A stretch of 64,000 bases of DNA from Bacteroidales bacterium (GTDB lineage Bacteria; Bacteroidota; Bacteroidia; Bacteroidales; UBA932): assembly GCA_017546605.1 (NCBI GenBank), contig JAFYSH010000003.1, positions 6,248-70,247 on the forward strand, read 5' to 3'. Numbering within the stretch: the first letter of the stretch is position 1; the number at the start of each line of letters is the position of its first letter. The notes beneath the pieces are model-generated. The model saw nothing but the letters and a program-made list of their open reading frames with translations, made no database searches and was not told where the DNA came from. Position numbers and translations under genes: made by a program. Below are positions 1 through 9,088 of this stretch, piece after piece.

Positions 1-1130
1 TCACCAGCTTCTACAAATTCGATCGGATTTTGTTTATTGGAGTGCATTTGATACAAACGAGCTACGCGTTCTTTCTTACCGGAACGGGTATTGAGGATGT
101 AAGAACCTGCATCCAAACGTCCTGAGTAAGCACGCAAGAAAGCCAAACGACCAACGAACGGGTCAGTAGCAATCTTAAATACCAATGCGCAGAACGGCTC
201 TTTAGAATCAAACTTACGAATTTCTTCGCTGTTAGTAGTCGGGTTCGTTCCTTTGATTTCACCTTTATCGAGGGGTGAAGGCAAGAAGCGCATCACAGCG
301 TCCAACAAGAATTGAACACCTTTGTTCTTGAATGATGAACCGCAACATACGGGAACAATCGCCATATCAATGGTTGCTTTACGCAAAGCATCGATCAATT
401 CTTCTTCAGTGATAGAATCCGGATCTTCGAAGAATTTTTCGAGAAGAGCATCGTTGTATTCAGCAGCAGCTTCAACCAACTTACCTCTCCATTCTTCTAC
501 ATCTGCTTGCATTTCAGCAGGAACCTCAGCAAAGGTGTAGTTTACCAAATCCTTGCTGTCTTGGTTGTAGATAATAGCGCGGTTGGAAATCAAATCGACA
601 ATACCAGCGAACTTGTCTTCTGCTCCGATCGGCAAGCAAAGCGGAATTGCGTTTGCACCGAGTTTGTCACGCATTTCATCGATTACAGCCAAAAAGTCCG
701 CACCTACGCGGTCCATTTTGTTTACGTAAGCGATTTTCGGAACACCGTATTTGTCAGCTTGACGCCATACGGTTTCTGATTGAGGTTGTACGCGACCTAC
801 TGCGCAGAATGTAGCGACAGTACCATCCAATACACGCAAAGAACGTTCTACCTCAACGGTAAAGTCCACGTGGCCTGGAGTGTCAATCAAGTTGATTTGG
901 TATTCGTTGCCGTTGTATTTCCAGAAAGCGGTAGTGGCAGCAGATGTGATGGTAATACCACGTTCTTGCTCTTGAACCATCCAGTCCATGGTAGCAGCAC
1001 CTTCGTGCACTTCACCAAGTTTGTGAGTTTTACCAGTGTAGAACAGAATACGTTCAGAGGTAGTGGTTTTACCGGCATCGATGTGCGCCATGATACCGAT
1101 ATTTCTAGTATATTTTAAATCTCTCGCCAT
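1..1130 (-). CDS. fusA: Elongation factor G, N-terminal ~376 codons (gene continues past the left window edge)
   Basis: Absent from the ORF track because it is open at the edge. My minus-strand translation from ATG 1130-1128 gives [37 protein letters not shown] (GTPase P-loop), and at the edge ...[19 protein letters not shown]. It follows rpsL-rpsG as in str operons. Confidence 0.95.
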   Translation of the reverse strand, partial: MARDLKYTRNIGIMAHIDAGKTTTSERILFYTGKTHKLGEVHEGAATMDWMVQEQERGITITSAATTAFWKYNGNEYQINLIDTPGHVDFTVEVERSLRVLDGTVATFCAVGRVQPQSETVWRQADKYGVPKIAYVNKMDRVGADFLAVIDEMRDKLGANAIPLCLPIGAEDKFAGIVDLISNRAIIYNQDSKDLVNYTFAEVPAEMQADVEEWRGKLVEAAAEYNDALLEKFFEDPDSITEEELIDALRKATIDMAIVPVCCGSSFKNKGVQFLLDAVMRFLPSPLDKGEIKGTNPTTNSEEIRKFDSKEPFCALVFKIATDPFVGRLAFLRAYSGRLDAGSYILNTRSGKKERVARLYQMHSNKQNPIEFVEAG

Positions 1131-1144
1131 TTATTTACTGGGTA

Positions 1145-1621
1145 TTAAAAACGAAAATGTGCAAATGCTTTGTTAGCTTCAGCCATACGGTGCATATCTT
1201 CTTTTCTCTTGAATGCAGCACCTTCGTTGTTGTAGGCAGCAATAATTTCCGCCGAGAGTTTTTCTGCCATTGAGTGGCCAGAACGTTTGCGAGCAAAAAG
1301 TATCATGTTTTTCATAGCCAATGAAACTTTTCTTTCGGGGCGCACCTCGGTGGGAACTTGGAAGTTAGCACCACCCACGCGACGGCTCTTCACCTCAACT
1401 TGGGGGGTTACATTTTCAAGGGCTTTCTTCCAAATGTCGAGAGGAGCCTTTTCAGAATCTTTCATCTTCTCGCCTACCATGTCAATGGCATCGTAAAAAA
1501 TAGCATACGCGATACTCTTCTTCCCCTGCAACATCAGATTGTTCACGAATTGAGTCACAGCCACTTCGTGAAATTTGGGATCAGGAAGTAGAATCCTCTT
1601 TTTAGGCTTCGATTTTCTCAT
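1145..1621 (-). CDS. rpsG: 30S ribosomal protein S7 (uS7)
   Basis: 158 aa, [17 protein letters not shown]...; position between rpsL and fusA. Confidence 0.97.
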   Translation of the reverse strand: MRKSKPKKRILLPDPKFHEVAVTQFVNNLMLQGKKSIAYAIFYDAIDMVGEKMKDSEKAPLDIWKKALENVTPQVEVKSRRVGGANFQVPTEVRPERKVSLAMKNMILFARKRSGHSMAEKLSAEIIAAYNNEGAAFKRKEDMHRMAEANKAFAHFRF

Positions 1622-1662
1622 TTCTTAAAAAAACTTACTTAAATAATTAAATAATGATTTGA

Positions 1663-2052
1663 TTACTTCTTAGCGGCGGTCTTTTTGGGTCTCTTCGCAC
1701 CATAGAGAGAACGACTTTGAGTACGTCCTTCTACGCCTGCGGTGTCCAATGCGCCTCTAAGGATGTGGTAACGTACACCGGGAAGGTCTTTTACACGACC
1801 ACCACGCACCAAAACGATGCTGTGTTCTTGCAAGTTGTGTCCTTCGCCGGGGATGTATGCGTTGACCTCTTTTTGGTTAGTTAACCGAACACGTGCTACC
1901 TTACGCATAGCTGAGTTAGGTTTCTTAGGGGTAGTGGTGTAAACACGTACACATACGCCCCGTCTTTGAGGACAAGCATCCAACGCGCGAGATTTACTTT
2001 TCTCTACGATCACCTCGCGTCCTTTGCGAACTAATTGTTGAATCGTCGGCAT
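1663..2052 (-). CDS. rpsL: 30S ribosomal protein S12 (uS12)
   Basis: 129 aa, [13 protein letters not shown]...[16 protein letters not shown]...; first gene of the str operon. Confidence 0.97.
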   Translation of the reverse strand: MPTIQQLVRKGREVIVEKSKSRALDACPQRRGVCVRVYTTTPKKPNSAMRKVARVRLTNQKEVNAYIPGEGHNLQEHSIVLVRGGRVKDLPGVRYHILRGALDTAGVEGRTQSRSLYGAKRPKKTAAKK

Positions 2053-2087
2053 AAATAGTTGTTATTCTTAACTTTATACTCTCCCGT

Positions 2088-2095
2088 CAAAATTA
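2088..2095 (-). promoter_or_regulatory. Bacteroidetes sigma-A -7 box (TAATTTTG), proximal candidate for rpsL
   Basis: Plus strand caaaatta; matches TAnnTTTG; 35 nt between motif G and the rpsL ATG. It sits in the loop of a small CCCGT/ACGGG hairpin. Confidence 0.5.
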
Positions 2096-2103
2096 ACGGG
2101 CTA

Positions 2104-2111
2104 CAAAGATA
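2104..2111 (-). promoter_or_regulatory. Bacteroidetes sigma-A -7 box (TATCTTTG), distal candidate for rpsL
   Basis: Plus strand caaagata; matches TAnnTTTG; 51 nt upstream of the rpsL ATG. Confidence 0.55.
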
Positions 2112-2185
2112 CACATTTTTTCCAAACTTTCAACTTTTCTCTCAGAAATTCAGAGTTTTTGCTGCGATGGACCCGTATCCAGAAA

Positions 2186-3769
2186 CTAAAAACCCTCCAG
2201 CGTAAAAAAGATGGTCGGAAGAAGCAATAGGAAACCCACAAATACCAGTAACAGAATGAATTTCCAGATCCATTTCACCCATTTCAGATAGGGAATCCGA
2301 GCCAGGCCCAAGACGGCAATCAAGACCCCCGATGTCGGGGTAATCATATTGGTAAAACCATCGCCAAACTGAAAAGCCAGCACAGTGGATTGTCGGGACA
2401 ACTCAATCATATCCGCAAATGGAGCCATAATCGGCATGGTAATCGCCGCCTTGGCGGATGCAGATGTGATCACCAGATTGATGAGTGTCTGAATACCGTA
2501 CATAGTTGACAAGGAGACCAAACAACCTGCTTCACCCAAACCGGAAGCCAGCGTAAACAAAATCGTATCAATCACCTGACCTTGTTTCAAAATCCCAACA
2601 ATGCCCGCAGCCAACCCCACGATGATCGCCGCTGACAAGATATCCCTGGCACCCGCTAAAAATTCCTGAACAATCCGATTGGCCGAATAACCAGCCGCCA
2701 CCCCTGCTGCTAGAGCCAAACCCAAAAAGAGCGCAGAGATTTCACCGATGTACCAACCATAGGCCGAAACTCCGATGACCAAGTACAAAATCGTGAAGCC
2801 CAACAACCCAAGAATATAAAAATGAACAGATTTACGAAGAGCCACCACGGACACCCCGGCAAACAGGCCCGCCAGCATCCACAACAGATAAGGCACATCC
2901 CAATGGTTGGCCCCAAAATTCAAGCGACATTCTGCACCATACACTCCAGCAAAAGCCAACTGCACAAGCAAGACCAGAGCAAACGAGATCCATGAAGAAC
3001 GGTTGGTAAAATAAGCAATCGATTCGGCATTGGAGGCATATTCATCACGCCAATGTTGATCCGAATCGTACATTGCAGATTTGCGAGGATTTCTTCGAAT
3101 ACGAGCAGCATACACCAACACCACCCCGATGGTCAAAGCCGTCAGCAAAAGCCAACAGAGCATGCGATACCCCATCCCCGAAAACAAAGGCAGCCCCGCG
3201 AGTTCTTGTGCAATCCCAATGGTAAAAGGATTTAAGAAAGCCCCCGCAAAACCTACGTGGGCCGCCACATACACCATGCACACCCCCACAATCGAATCAT
3301 AACCCATGGAGATCGCAAGTGGAACAATCACCACTACAAAAGCAATGGTTTCTTCACTCATCCCAAAGACTGCTCCAAACAAACTGAACAACACCATCAC
3401 CGAAACAATAATGAGATTGTTTACGCCTATCCGACGGAAGAAAGGCCGTTTTTCCAGTTGACGAGAACGATCCAAGAAGGCATAGATTCCCACATCCACC
3501 GCCTTACAACCATTGACAATCCAGAAAGCACCCCCTATCACTAAAATAAAAACAATGATGCCCGCCTGGCCGGTAAAACCATCAAACAAGGCGGTAAAAA
3601 TCTGCCAGGACTGTGGTTGAGCGGGCACAGAACGAAAAGCGGTCTGCCCTTGTTCATCCACAAAAAACTCACCCCCCGGAACCAACCAGGTTGCCACGGC
3701 AGCCAGTACAATCAAGAAAAATACAATGACGTAGGTATTCGGAAATTCAAATTTCTTTTTTGCTTTCAT
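2186..3769 (-). CDS. YfcC / DcuC-like (C4-dicarboxylate anaerobic carrier family) polytopic transporter, possibly a basic amino acid carrier
   Basis: 527 aa, many hydrophobic segments. The N-terminus FPNTYVIVFFLIVLAAVATWLVPGGEF resembles E. coli YfcC. Divergent from an amidinotransferase-fold gene. Confidence 0.8.
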   Translation of the reverse strand: MKAKKKFEFPNTYVIVFFLIVLAAVATWLVPGGEFFVDEQGQTAFRSVPAQPQSWQIFTALFDGFTGQAGIIVFILVIGGAFWIVNGCKAVDVGIYAFLDRSRQLEKRPFFRRIGVNNLIIVSVMVLFSLFGAVFGMSEETIAFVVVIVPLAISMGYDSIVGVCMVYVAAHVGFAGAFLNPFTIGIAQELAGLPLFSGMGYRMLCWLLLTALTIGVVLVYAARIRRNPRKSAMYDSDQHWRDEYASNAESIAYFTNRSSWISFALVLLVQLAFAGVYGAECRLNFGANHWDVPYLLWMLAGLFAGVSVVALRKSVHFYILGLLGFTILYLVIGVSAYGWYIGEISALFLGLALAAGVAAGYSANRIVQEFLAGARDILSAAIIVGLAAGIVGILKQGQVIDTILFTLASGLGEAGCLVSLSTMYGIQTLINLVITSASAKAAITMPIMAPFADMIELSRQSTVLAFQFGDGFTNMITPTSGVLIAVLGLARIPYLKWVKWIWKFILLLVFVGFLLLLPTIFFTLEGF

Positions 3770-3774
3770 AGAGA

Positions 3775-3782
3775 CAAAAGTA
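3775..3782 (-). promoter_or_regulatory. -7 box (TACTTTTG) for the YfcC-like gene, only 5 nt from its ATG
   Basis: Minus strand reads TACTTTTGTCTCTATG. Confidence 0.55.
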
Positions 3783-3803
3783 ACTATTTTCCCGATAAAT
3801 GAC

Positions 3804-3811
3804 TACCTTTG
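3804..3811 (+). promoter_or_regulatory. -7 box (TACCTTTG) for the CtlX-like gene
   Basis: Exact TAnnTTTG, 53 nt upstream of ATG 3865. Confidence 0.55.
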
Positions 3812-3864
3812 TGACTTCTTCCGGAAATCCGGGTTTCTTTTGAAGAATTGTAAGACCTTGACCT

Positions 3865-4770
3865 ATGCTTAAACACACTACCTCGACCGTCTTGATGGTT
3901 CGCCCCGTGCGTTTCGGATACAATCCACAAACGGCCGCCAACAACGCATTCCAAACGCAAGAAGATGCGGAAATCGCACAAGCCAATGCTTTGGAAGAAT
4001 TCAATGCATACGTTCAATTACTGCAAGAGAATGGTATCGAAGTAATTGTAGTCGATGACACAGAAGAGCCGCACACACCGGATTCCATCTTTCCGAACAA
4101 CTGGTTCACGACGCATCAGGACGGCACCCTGGTGATCTTCCCCCTGTTTGCCCCCAACCGGAGATTCGAACGAAAAGAAGGCGTCTTACAAGCCTTGAAT
4201 CAACATTTCTCCCCCCGGAGAACCATCGACTTGACACATTGGGAAGAGAAAGGCGAATTTCTGGAAGGCACTGGCAGCATGATTTTGGACCGCATCCATC
4301 AGGTCGCCTATGCATGTCGATCTCCCCGAACCAGCCTTGGCCCGCTACAAGAATTCTGCGAAAAAACCGGTTTCCGCTACCACTTGTTCTCATCCGTAGA
4401 CGAACACGGTGTTCCCATCTACCACACCAATGTCATGATGTCATTGGGCACCAAGCATGCGATGATTTGTCTATCTTCCATCCAAGATGAGGAGGAACGA
4501 AAAGAAATGATAGAAGCCATTGAAGGCAGCGGAAGAACCATCCTGGACTTGACCATTGATCAAATCCGCTCCTATGCTGGAAACATGATGGAATTGACCA
4601 ATCAACAAGGAGAGAGCTGTCTGGTCTTGTCCCAAACAGCCCTTCGAAGCCTCAACCAACAGCAACTGGCAGAACTACAACGCAATTACCGTTTGATCTC
4701 ACCCCACCTCGATCACATCGAGAAGAATGGAGGCGGCTCTGCACGCTGCATGATTGCGGAAATTTTCTAA
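3865..4770 (+). CDS. Arginine-deiminase-related / amidinotransferase-fold enzyme (CtlX-like citrulline utilisation hydrolase family)
   Basis: 301 aa. N-terminus STVLMVRPVRFGYNPQTAANNAFQ; C-terminal GGGSARCMIAEIF, the catalytic Cys context of guanidino-group-modifying enzymes. Confidence 0.8.
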   Translation: MLKHTTSTVLMVRPVRFGYNPQTAANNAFQTQEDAEIAQANALEEFNAYVQLLQENGIEVIVVDDTEEPHTPDSIFPNNWFTTHQDGTLVIFPLFAPNRRFERKEGVLQALNQHFSPRRTIDLTHWEEKGEFLEGTGSMILDRIHQVAYACRSPRTSLGPLQEFCEKTGFRYHLFSSVDEHGVPIYHTNVMMSLGTKHAMICLSSIQDEEERKEMIEAIEGSGRTILDLTIDQIRSYAGNMMELTNQQGESCLVLSQTALRSLNQQQLAELQRNYRLISPHLDHIEKNGGGSARCMIAEIF

Positions 4771-4773
4771 ACA

Positions 4774-6729
4774 CTACTCTTCGCGGATCAAACCTCCCCG
4801 ATAGGCTTTCAGCAATTCCTTCAAATCCAGGATTTGCGCAGCTAGTTCCTTGCCGATATCGGTATCCCGCACGTACATCCGCTGACTTGCCACATCCACC
4901 ACGCGGTTGGAGGAGATGATGTCCAGACCATCTTCAATCGCCTTTTGTCGAGAAATGAATGGTTGGTGTTGCACCAGGTGCATCCCGTACGAGTTAAAGA
5001 TCAAGGTATAACCCGCAATACCCGTCTCCGACTGATAAGCTTTGGAAAATCCACCATCAATAACCAGCAATTTGCCACCCGCTTTGATCGGACTTTCCCC
5101 CTGAATGGTCTTGACCGGGATGTGTCCATTGATGATGTGTCCGTACTCGGCATCAATGCCGAATTCGTGCAGAATCATCTCACAAATGTCCCGTCTTCCC
5201 TTTAATTTATAATAATATCCTTTTTCTTCTTTCTTCGGTTCCGGATCATCCAAGTAATAACGCTCAAACGTAGCCATCTTCCTCTTGTCAAACGGAGGTG
5301 AATAAGGGCCGCACCACAGGTACCACACAAAGTCTTGCGCATATTGCTTCAGCGTCATATCTCGGTTTTCAAAGTAGGCAATCCGCACCAATTGGTCGAT
5401 TTGGTCAAACAAGGCCTTTCCCGAATACTTTTTGCCCTGCACCGTAACTTCTGCCAAGGTTCCATCTTCATTGAGAGGAACAGAACCATGGTATAACAAA
5501 TTTCCATTCTTGACCAGATACAACGCTCCTTTGGAATAGAGACAGCGCATGTGCTTCTCCATCTTTGTACTCAATTCAAAACTATGCATCAGACGATCCA
5601 CCACCAGTTCTTCGGCCGATGTCAAACGGTAGGGATCCGCCGGATCAATGGTCGGGAAAGAATGATCCTTCAACCGATAATCAACCCCTCCAATGCGGAC
5701 TGTTCCGGCTTGATAATCGATCCGATCCAGCAACAAACGGTCATCCATCTCGAAATCAGGACGACGACGAATGATCTCACCCTCTAACTTAAATTGGATA
5801 ATGGAGATGGCTTTGTGCATTTGAGCAATCAATTTGATCTGGCTCGGGGTGATGGTCGTGTCTTCTACCGACTTGGGCATAAAAATCGTACAAGGGTCTT
5901 CTCCATATACATCCAAGGCGAAAGTTGCCAAAGGCAACAAGTTGATACCATAACCGTCTTCCAGGGTCTCCAGGTTGGCGTAGCGCAAACTCATCCGCAG
6001 AACATTGGCCATACAGGCAGCACTACCGGAAGCCGCTCCCATCCAAACCAGGTCGTGATTTCCCCACTGGATATCCACCTTGTGGTAATCACATAAGGTA
6101 TCCATGATATTGTGCGCACCCGGCCCCCGGTCGTAAATATCACCAATAATATGAAGGGAATCAATGGTCAGACGCTGAATCAGGTTTGAGATCGCAATAA
6201 TGAAGTTATCAGCCCGACCCGTCTGTACAATCGAGTTAATGATGGCATCGGTATATTCCTGTTTGTTCCGATCACCGTGGATCTCGTGCATGAGTTCTTG
6301 GATGATGTAGGAATAGGATTGCGGCAAGGCTTTCTGAACCTTGGAACGCGTATATTTGGAAGAACAGTACGAGCACACCTCTACCAAACGCAATAAGGTC
6401 ATCTTGTACCAGCCCTCCAAGTCGGATTCCTGTTGTTTGATGCGTTTGAGTTTCTCCGCCGGGTAATAAATCAGGGTACAGAAATCGCGTTTTTCCGCTT
6501 CCCGCAAATTGTGACCGAAAATTTCATCCACCTTGCGCCGGATTACCCCCGAGGCATTTTTCAACACGTGCTGGAAAGCCTCATATTCCCCATGAAGATC
6601 CGTCACAAAGTGCTCGGTACCCTTGGGCAAATTCAAAATCGCTTCCAAGTTGATGATTTCCGTACTGGCTGCTTGAATGGAGGGAAAACGCTTCGCCAAC
6701 AACTGCAAATATTTGATATCTCTATTCAT
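4774..6729 (-). CDS. fbp: Fructose-1,6-bisphosphatase class 3
   Basis: MNRDIKYLQLLAKRFPSIQAASTEIINLEAILNLPKGTEHFVTDLHGEYEAF... The ORF track starts at a TTG (6759) that overlaps the promoter box, so I prefer ATG 6729 (651 aa). Confidence 0.93.
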   Translation of the reverse strand: MNRDIKYLQLLAKRFPSIQAASTEIINLEAILNLPKGTEHFVTDLHGEYEAFQHVLKNASGVIRRKVDEIFGHNLREAEKRDFCTLIYYPAEKLKRIKQQESDLEGWYKMTLLRLVEVCSYCSSKYTRSKVQKALPQSYSYIIQELMHEIHGDRNKQEYTDAIINSIVQTGRADNFIIAISNLIQRLTIDSLHIIGDIYDRGPGAHNIMDTLCDYHKVDIQWGNHDLVWMGAASGSAACMANVLRMSLRYANLETLEDGYGINLLPLATFALDVYGEDPCTIFMPKSVEDTTITPSQIKLIAQMHKAISIIQFKLEGEIIRRRPDFEMDDRLLLDRIDYQAGTVRIGGVDYRLKDHSFPTIDPADPYRLTSAEELVVDRLMHSFELSTKMEKHMRCLYSKGALYLVKNGNLLYHGSVPLNEDGTLAEVTVQGKKYSGKALFDQIDQLVRIAYFENRDMTLKQYAQDFVWYLWCGPYSPPFDKRKMATFERYYLDDPEPKKEEKGYYYKLKGRRDICEMILHEFGIDAEYGHIINGHIPVKTIQGESPIKAGGKLLVIDGGFSKAYQSETGIAGYTLIFNSYGMHLVQHQPFISRQKAIEDGLDIISSNRVVDVASQRMYVRDTDIGKELAAQILDLKELLKAYRGGLIREE

Positions 6730-6756
6730 CTCAATAATCTTTAGGGGATTACAAGA

Positions 6757-6764
6757 CAAATTTA
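6757..6764 (-). promoter_or_regulatory. -7 box (TAAATTTG) for fbp
   Basis: Plus strand caaattta; 27 nt upstream of ATG 6729. Confidence 0.55.
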
Positions 6765-6783
6765 AAAATTTATTCGTGAGAAC

Positions 6784-8085
6784 CTATGCAAATGGCTTAA
6801 TAAATATTTCTCGGCGAGCTGTCAGCGTCAAATACAATGCCCGAGCCAACAAATGAGCCGCATAAGCCAAGAACAGCGCCTGTCCTCCTACGGTTGCTCG
6901 GGTAAGATAGAAGACCAGGTAGAAGGCCAGCACAGACCACAACATACTGTTGCGGATCGCTGTAGCCGCTGTAGCCCCGATGAAAATCCCATCCCACATA
7001 AAGGCCGCTGAACTGAGCAAAGGCATTAGCAACAGCCAGATCAAAAATGGTTCTGACGCCGTCACCACCTCTGCATTATCGGAAACCCATTCCAACATAG
7101 ACGCGCCTCCCCAGCCATAAATGACCGTTGAGAAGAGACCTATGATCAAACTCCAAAGGAACAAGAGCCGAACCGACTTGACCAAATTCGGACGATCCTT
7201 CGCCCCGATGTATTTTCCAGCCAAAGCCTCGCCAGCATAGGCAAACCCATCCAAAAAATATGAATAAAACAACAGCAACTTCATCATAATGGAACCCACT
7301 GCCAGCATTACATCTCCAAAATGGGCCGCCAAAGCGGTAAACCCCGTGTAAACCGCCAACATACATAGCGAACGCAAAAACAAATTGCCATTCATTGCAA
7401 AATACTTTCGCATATCCCGCAGGTGCACATCCCGCCGAATGGAGAAATAAGGAAACAAGCGTCGGTAATAGCGCACAAACAGTACACTGGCAAGAACCAA
7501 CCCCGTGTATTGGGCAACGACGGTCCCCAGTGCAATCCCAGAAAAGCCCAAAGGAGTCTCCAAGGCCAAGGCCCAACTGGCCACTAGATTTACCACATTG
7601 ACCGTAACATCCACAACCATAGGACTGACCGTATTCTGCATCCCAATGAACCAGCCTTTGAAAACGAACAGCGACAAACTTGCCGGAGCAGCCCAAACCC
7701 GAATGAAGAAATAGCGACGTGCCAGGTCTGCAACATGTTCCGATGCATCCATCAATGAAAATGCCAATTCAACAAACACCCACTGGATGGCCAAAACCAC
7801 CAAAGCCACCGCCAATGCGGTGGCAATCCCTTGCGTAAAGGCCTTGGCCGCACCTTGAAAATCACGACGTCCATAGGCTTGCGCCGTCAGACCACCCGTA
7901 CCGACCCGTAGAAAACCCATGTTCCAATAGAGCAAGTCAAATAACATGGATCCAAGAGCAATGGCCCCAATGGCAGACACGTCGGCCAGCCGACCGGCAA
8001 CAGCCAGATCCACCATTCCAACCAATGGCACGGTAATATTAGCAAGAATACTAGGAATTGCCAGTTTTAGGATTCGACGATTCAT
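6784..8085 (-). CDS. MATE family efflux transporter
   Basis: MNRRILKLAIPSILANITVPLVGMVDLAVAGRL..., 12-TM-like profile. The ORF-track start 8097 is TTG; the ATG at 8085 is preferred. It lies 12 nt downstream of the rsgA stop (likely cotranscribed). Confidence 0.9.
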   Translation of the reverse strand: MNRRILKLAIPSILANITVPLVGMVDLAVAGRLADVSAIGAIALGSMLFDLLYWNMGFLRVGTGGLTAQAYGRRDFQGAAKAFTQGIATALAVALVVLAIQWVFVELAFSLMDASEHVADLARRYFFIRVWAAPASLSLFVFKGWFIGMQNTVSPMVVDVTVNVVNLVASWALALETPLGFSGIALGTVVAQYTGLVLASVLFVRYYRRLFPYFSIRRDVHLRDMRKYFAMNGNLFLRSLCMLAVYTGFTALAAHFGDVMLAVGSIMMKLLLFYSYFLDGFAYAGEALAGKYIGAKDRPNLVKSVRLLFLWSLIIGLFSTVIYGWGGASMLEWVSDNAEVVTASEPFLIWLLLMPLLSSAAFMWDGIFIGATAATAIRNSMLWSVLAFYLVFYLTRATVGGQALFLAYAAHLLARALYLTLTARREIFIKPFA

Positions 8086-8097
8086 TTGCACACGCAA

Positions 8098-9021
8098 CTA
8101 CCTGTATTTTTCTTCTTCCTCCAGCATTCCCAAATAAGAATCGTAACGATCACCCGAAACGAGTCCCTCCTCAACGGCCTGTTTAACAGCACAACCCGGC
8201 TCATGAGTGTGAGTACAAGGCTTGAAACGACAATCATCCATCACCCGCAACATTTCAGGAAAATAAGTGGAAATTTCCTCCTTGTCCACATCCAGCAGGC
8301 CAAAGCCGCGAATACCCGGCGTATCAATCATAAATCCACCGCAGGAGAGCGGATGCATCTCGTAGAAGGTGGTGGTGTGCTTTCCTTGTAGATGGGCGGT
8401 GGAAATCTCTCCAATGCGCAACGACAATGCTGGATCCAAAGCCCGGATCAGCGAAGATTTCCCAACCCCCGAAACTCCCGAAAACAACACGACCTTATCT
8501 TTGCACAGCGCCTGCAAATCCGAAACCCCTTCGCCGGTTTCGGCTGACACTTCCAGTACTGAGTAGCCGGCACCACGATAGACTTCATCAAAATAATCCA
8601 CAAGCGGACGATGAGTCTGTCCGTAAAGGTCCATCTTATTCAAAACCAGGCACACCGGCACTTTGTAGGCCTCACAAGTGACCAAGAACCGATCAATAAA
8701 CGGCCACTTTGTTTCCGGGAAAGCTAAAGTAACCACCAGCACGGCCACATCCACATTCGCAGCAATGACATGGCTTTGACGAGAAAGGTTGGTGGACTTT
8801 CGCACCACACAGTTGGTTCTGGGAAGAATCTCCCGAATCACTTCTCCCTCCACGACAACCCGGTCCCCCACCGCAATCGGGTTGGTAGAACGGCTATCCT
8901 GCATCCGAAGCTTTCCCCGCACTACAGCAGGAAACGGATCCCAAAGCGGCAGTTCCGACAAAAGATAATGACTGCCCGTATGTTTAACGACTATTGCCGT
9001 TTTTCGATTATGATTTTCCAC
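8098..9021 (-). CDS. rsgA: Ribosome small-subunit-dependent GTPase A
   Basis: 307 aa. GVSGVGKSSLI P-loop; C-terminal zinc knuckle CRFKPCTHTHEPGCAV. The start codon at 9021 is GTG. Confidence 0.93.
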   Translation of the reverse strand: MENHNRKTAIVVKHTGSHYLLSELPLWDPFPAVVRGKLRMQDSRSTNPIAVGDRVVVEGEVIREILPRTNCVVRKSTNLSRQSHVIAANVDVAVLVVTLAFPETKWPFIDRFLVTCEAYKVPVCLVLNKMDLYGQTHRPLVDYFDEVYRGAGYSVLEVSAETGEGVSDLQALCKDKVVLFSGVSGVGKSSLIRALDPALSLRIGEISTAHLQGKHTTTFYEMHPLSCGGFMIDTPGIRGFGLLDVDKEEISTYFPEMLRVMDDCRFKPCTHTHEPGCAVKQAVEEGLVSGDRYDSYLGMLEEEEKYR

Positions 9022-9026
9022 GGACG

Positions 9027-9034
9027 CAAAAGTA
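9027..9034 (-). promoter_or_regulatory. -7 box (TACTTTTG) for rsgA, 5 nt from its GTG start
   Basis: Minus strand reads TACTTTTGCGTCCGTG. Confidence 0.5.
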
Positions 9035-9046
9035 GGGAATTTATGC

Positions 9047-9054
9047 TAACTTTG
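9047..9054 (+). promoter_or_regulatory. -7 box (TAACTTTG) for the polyprenyl synthase / U32 pair
   Basis: Exact TAnnTTTG, 34 nt upstream of ATG 9089. Confidence 0.55.
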
Positions 9055-9088
9055 CCGATATTTCAGTTTTAACGCTTCACAAAAGACC

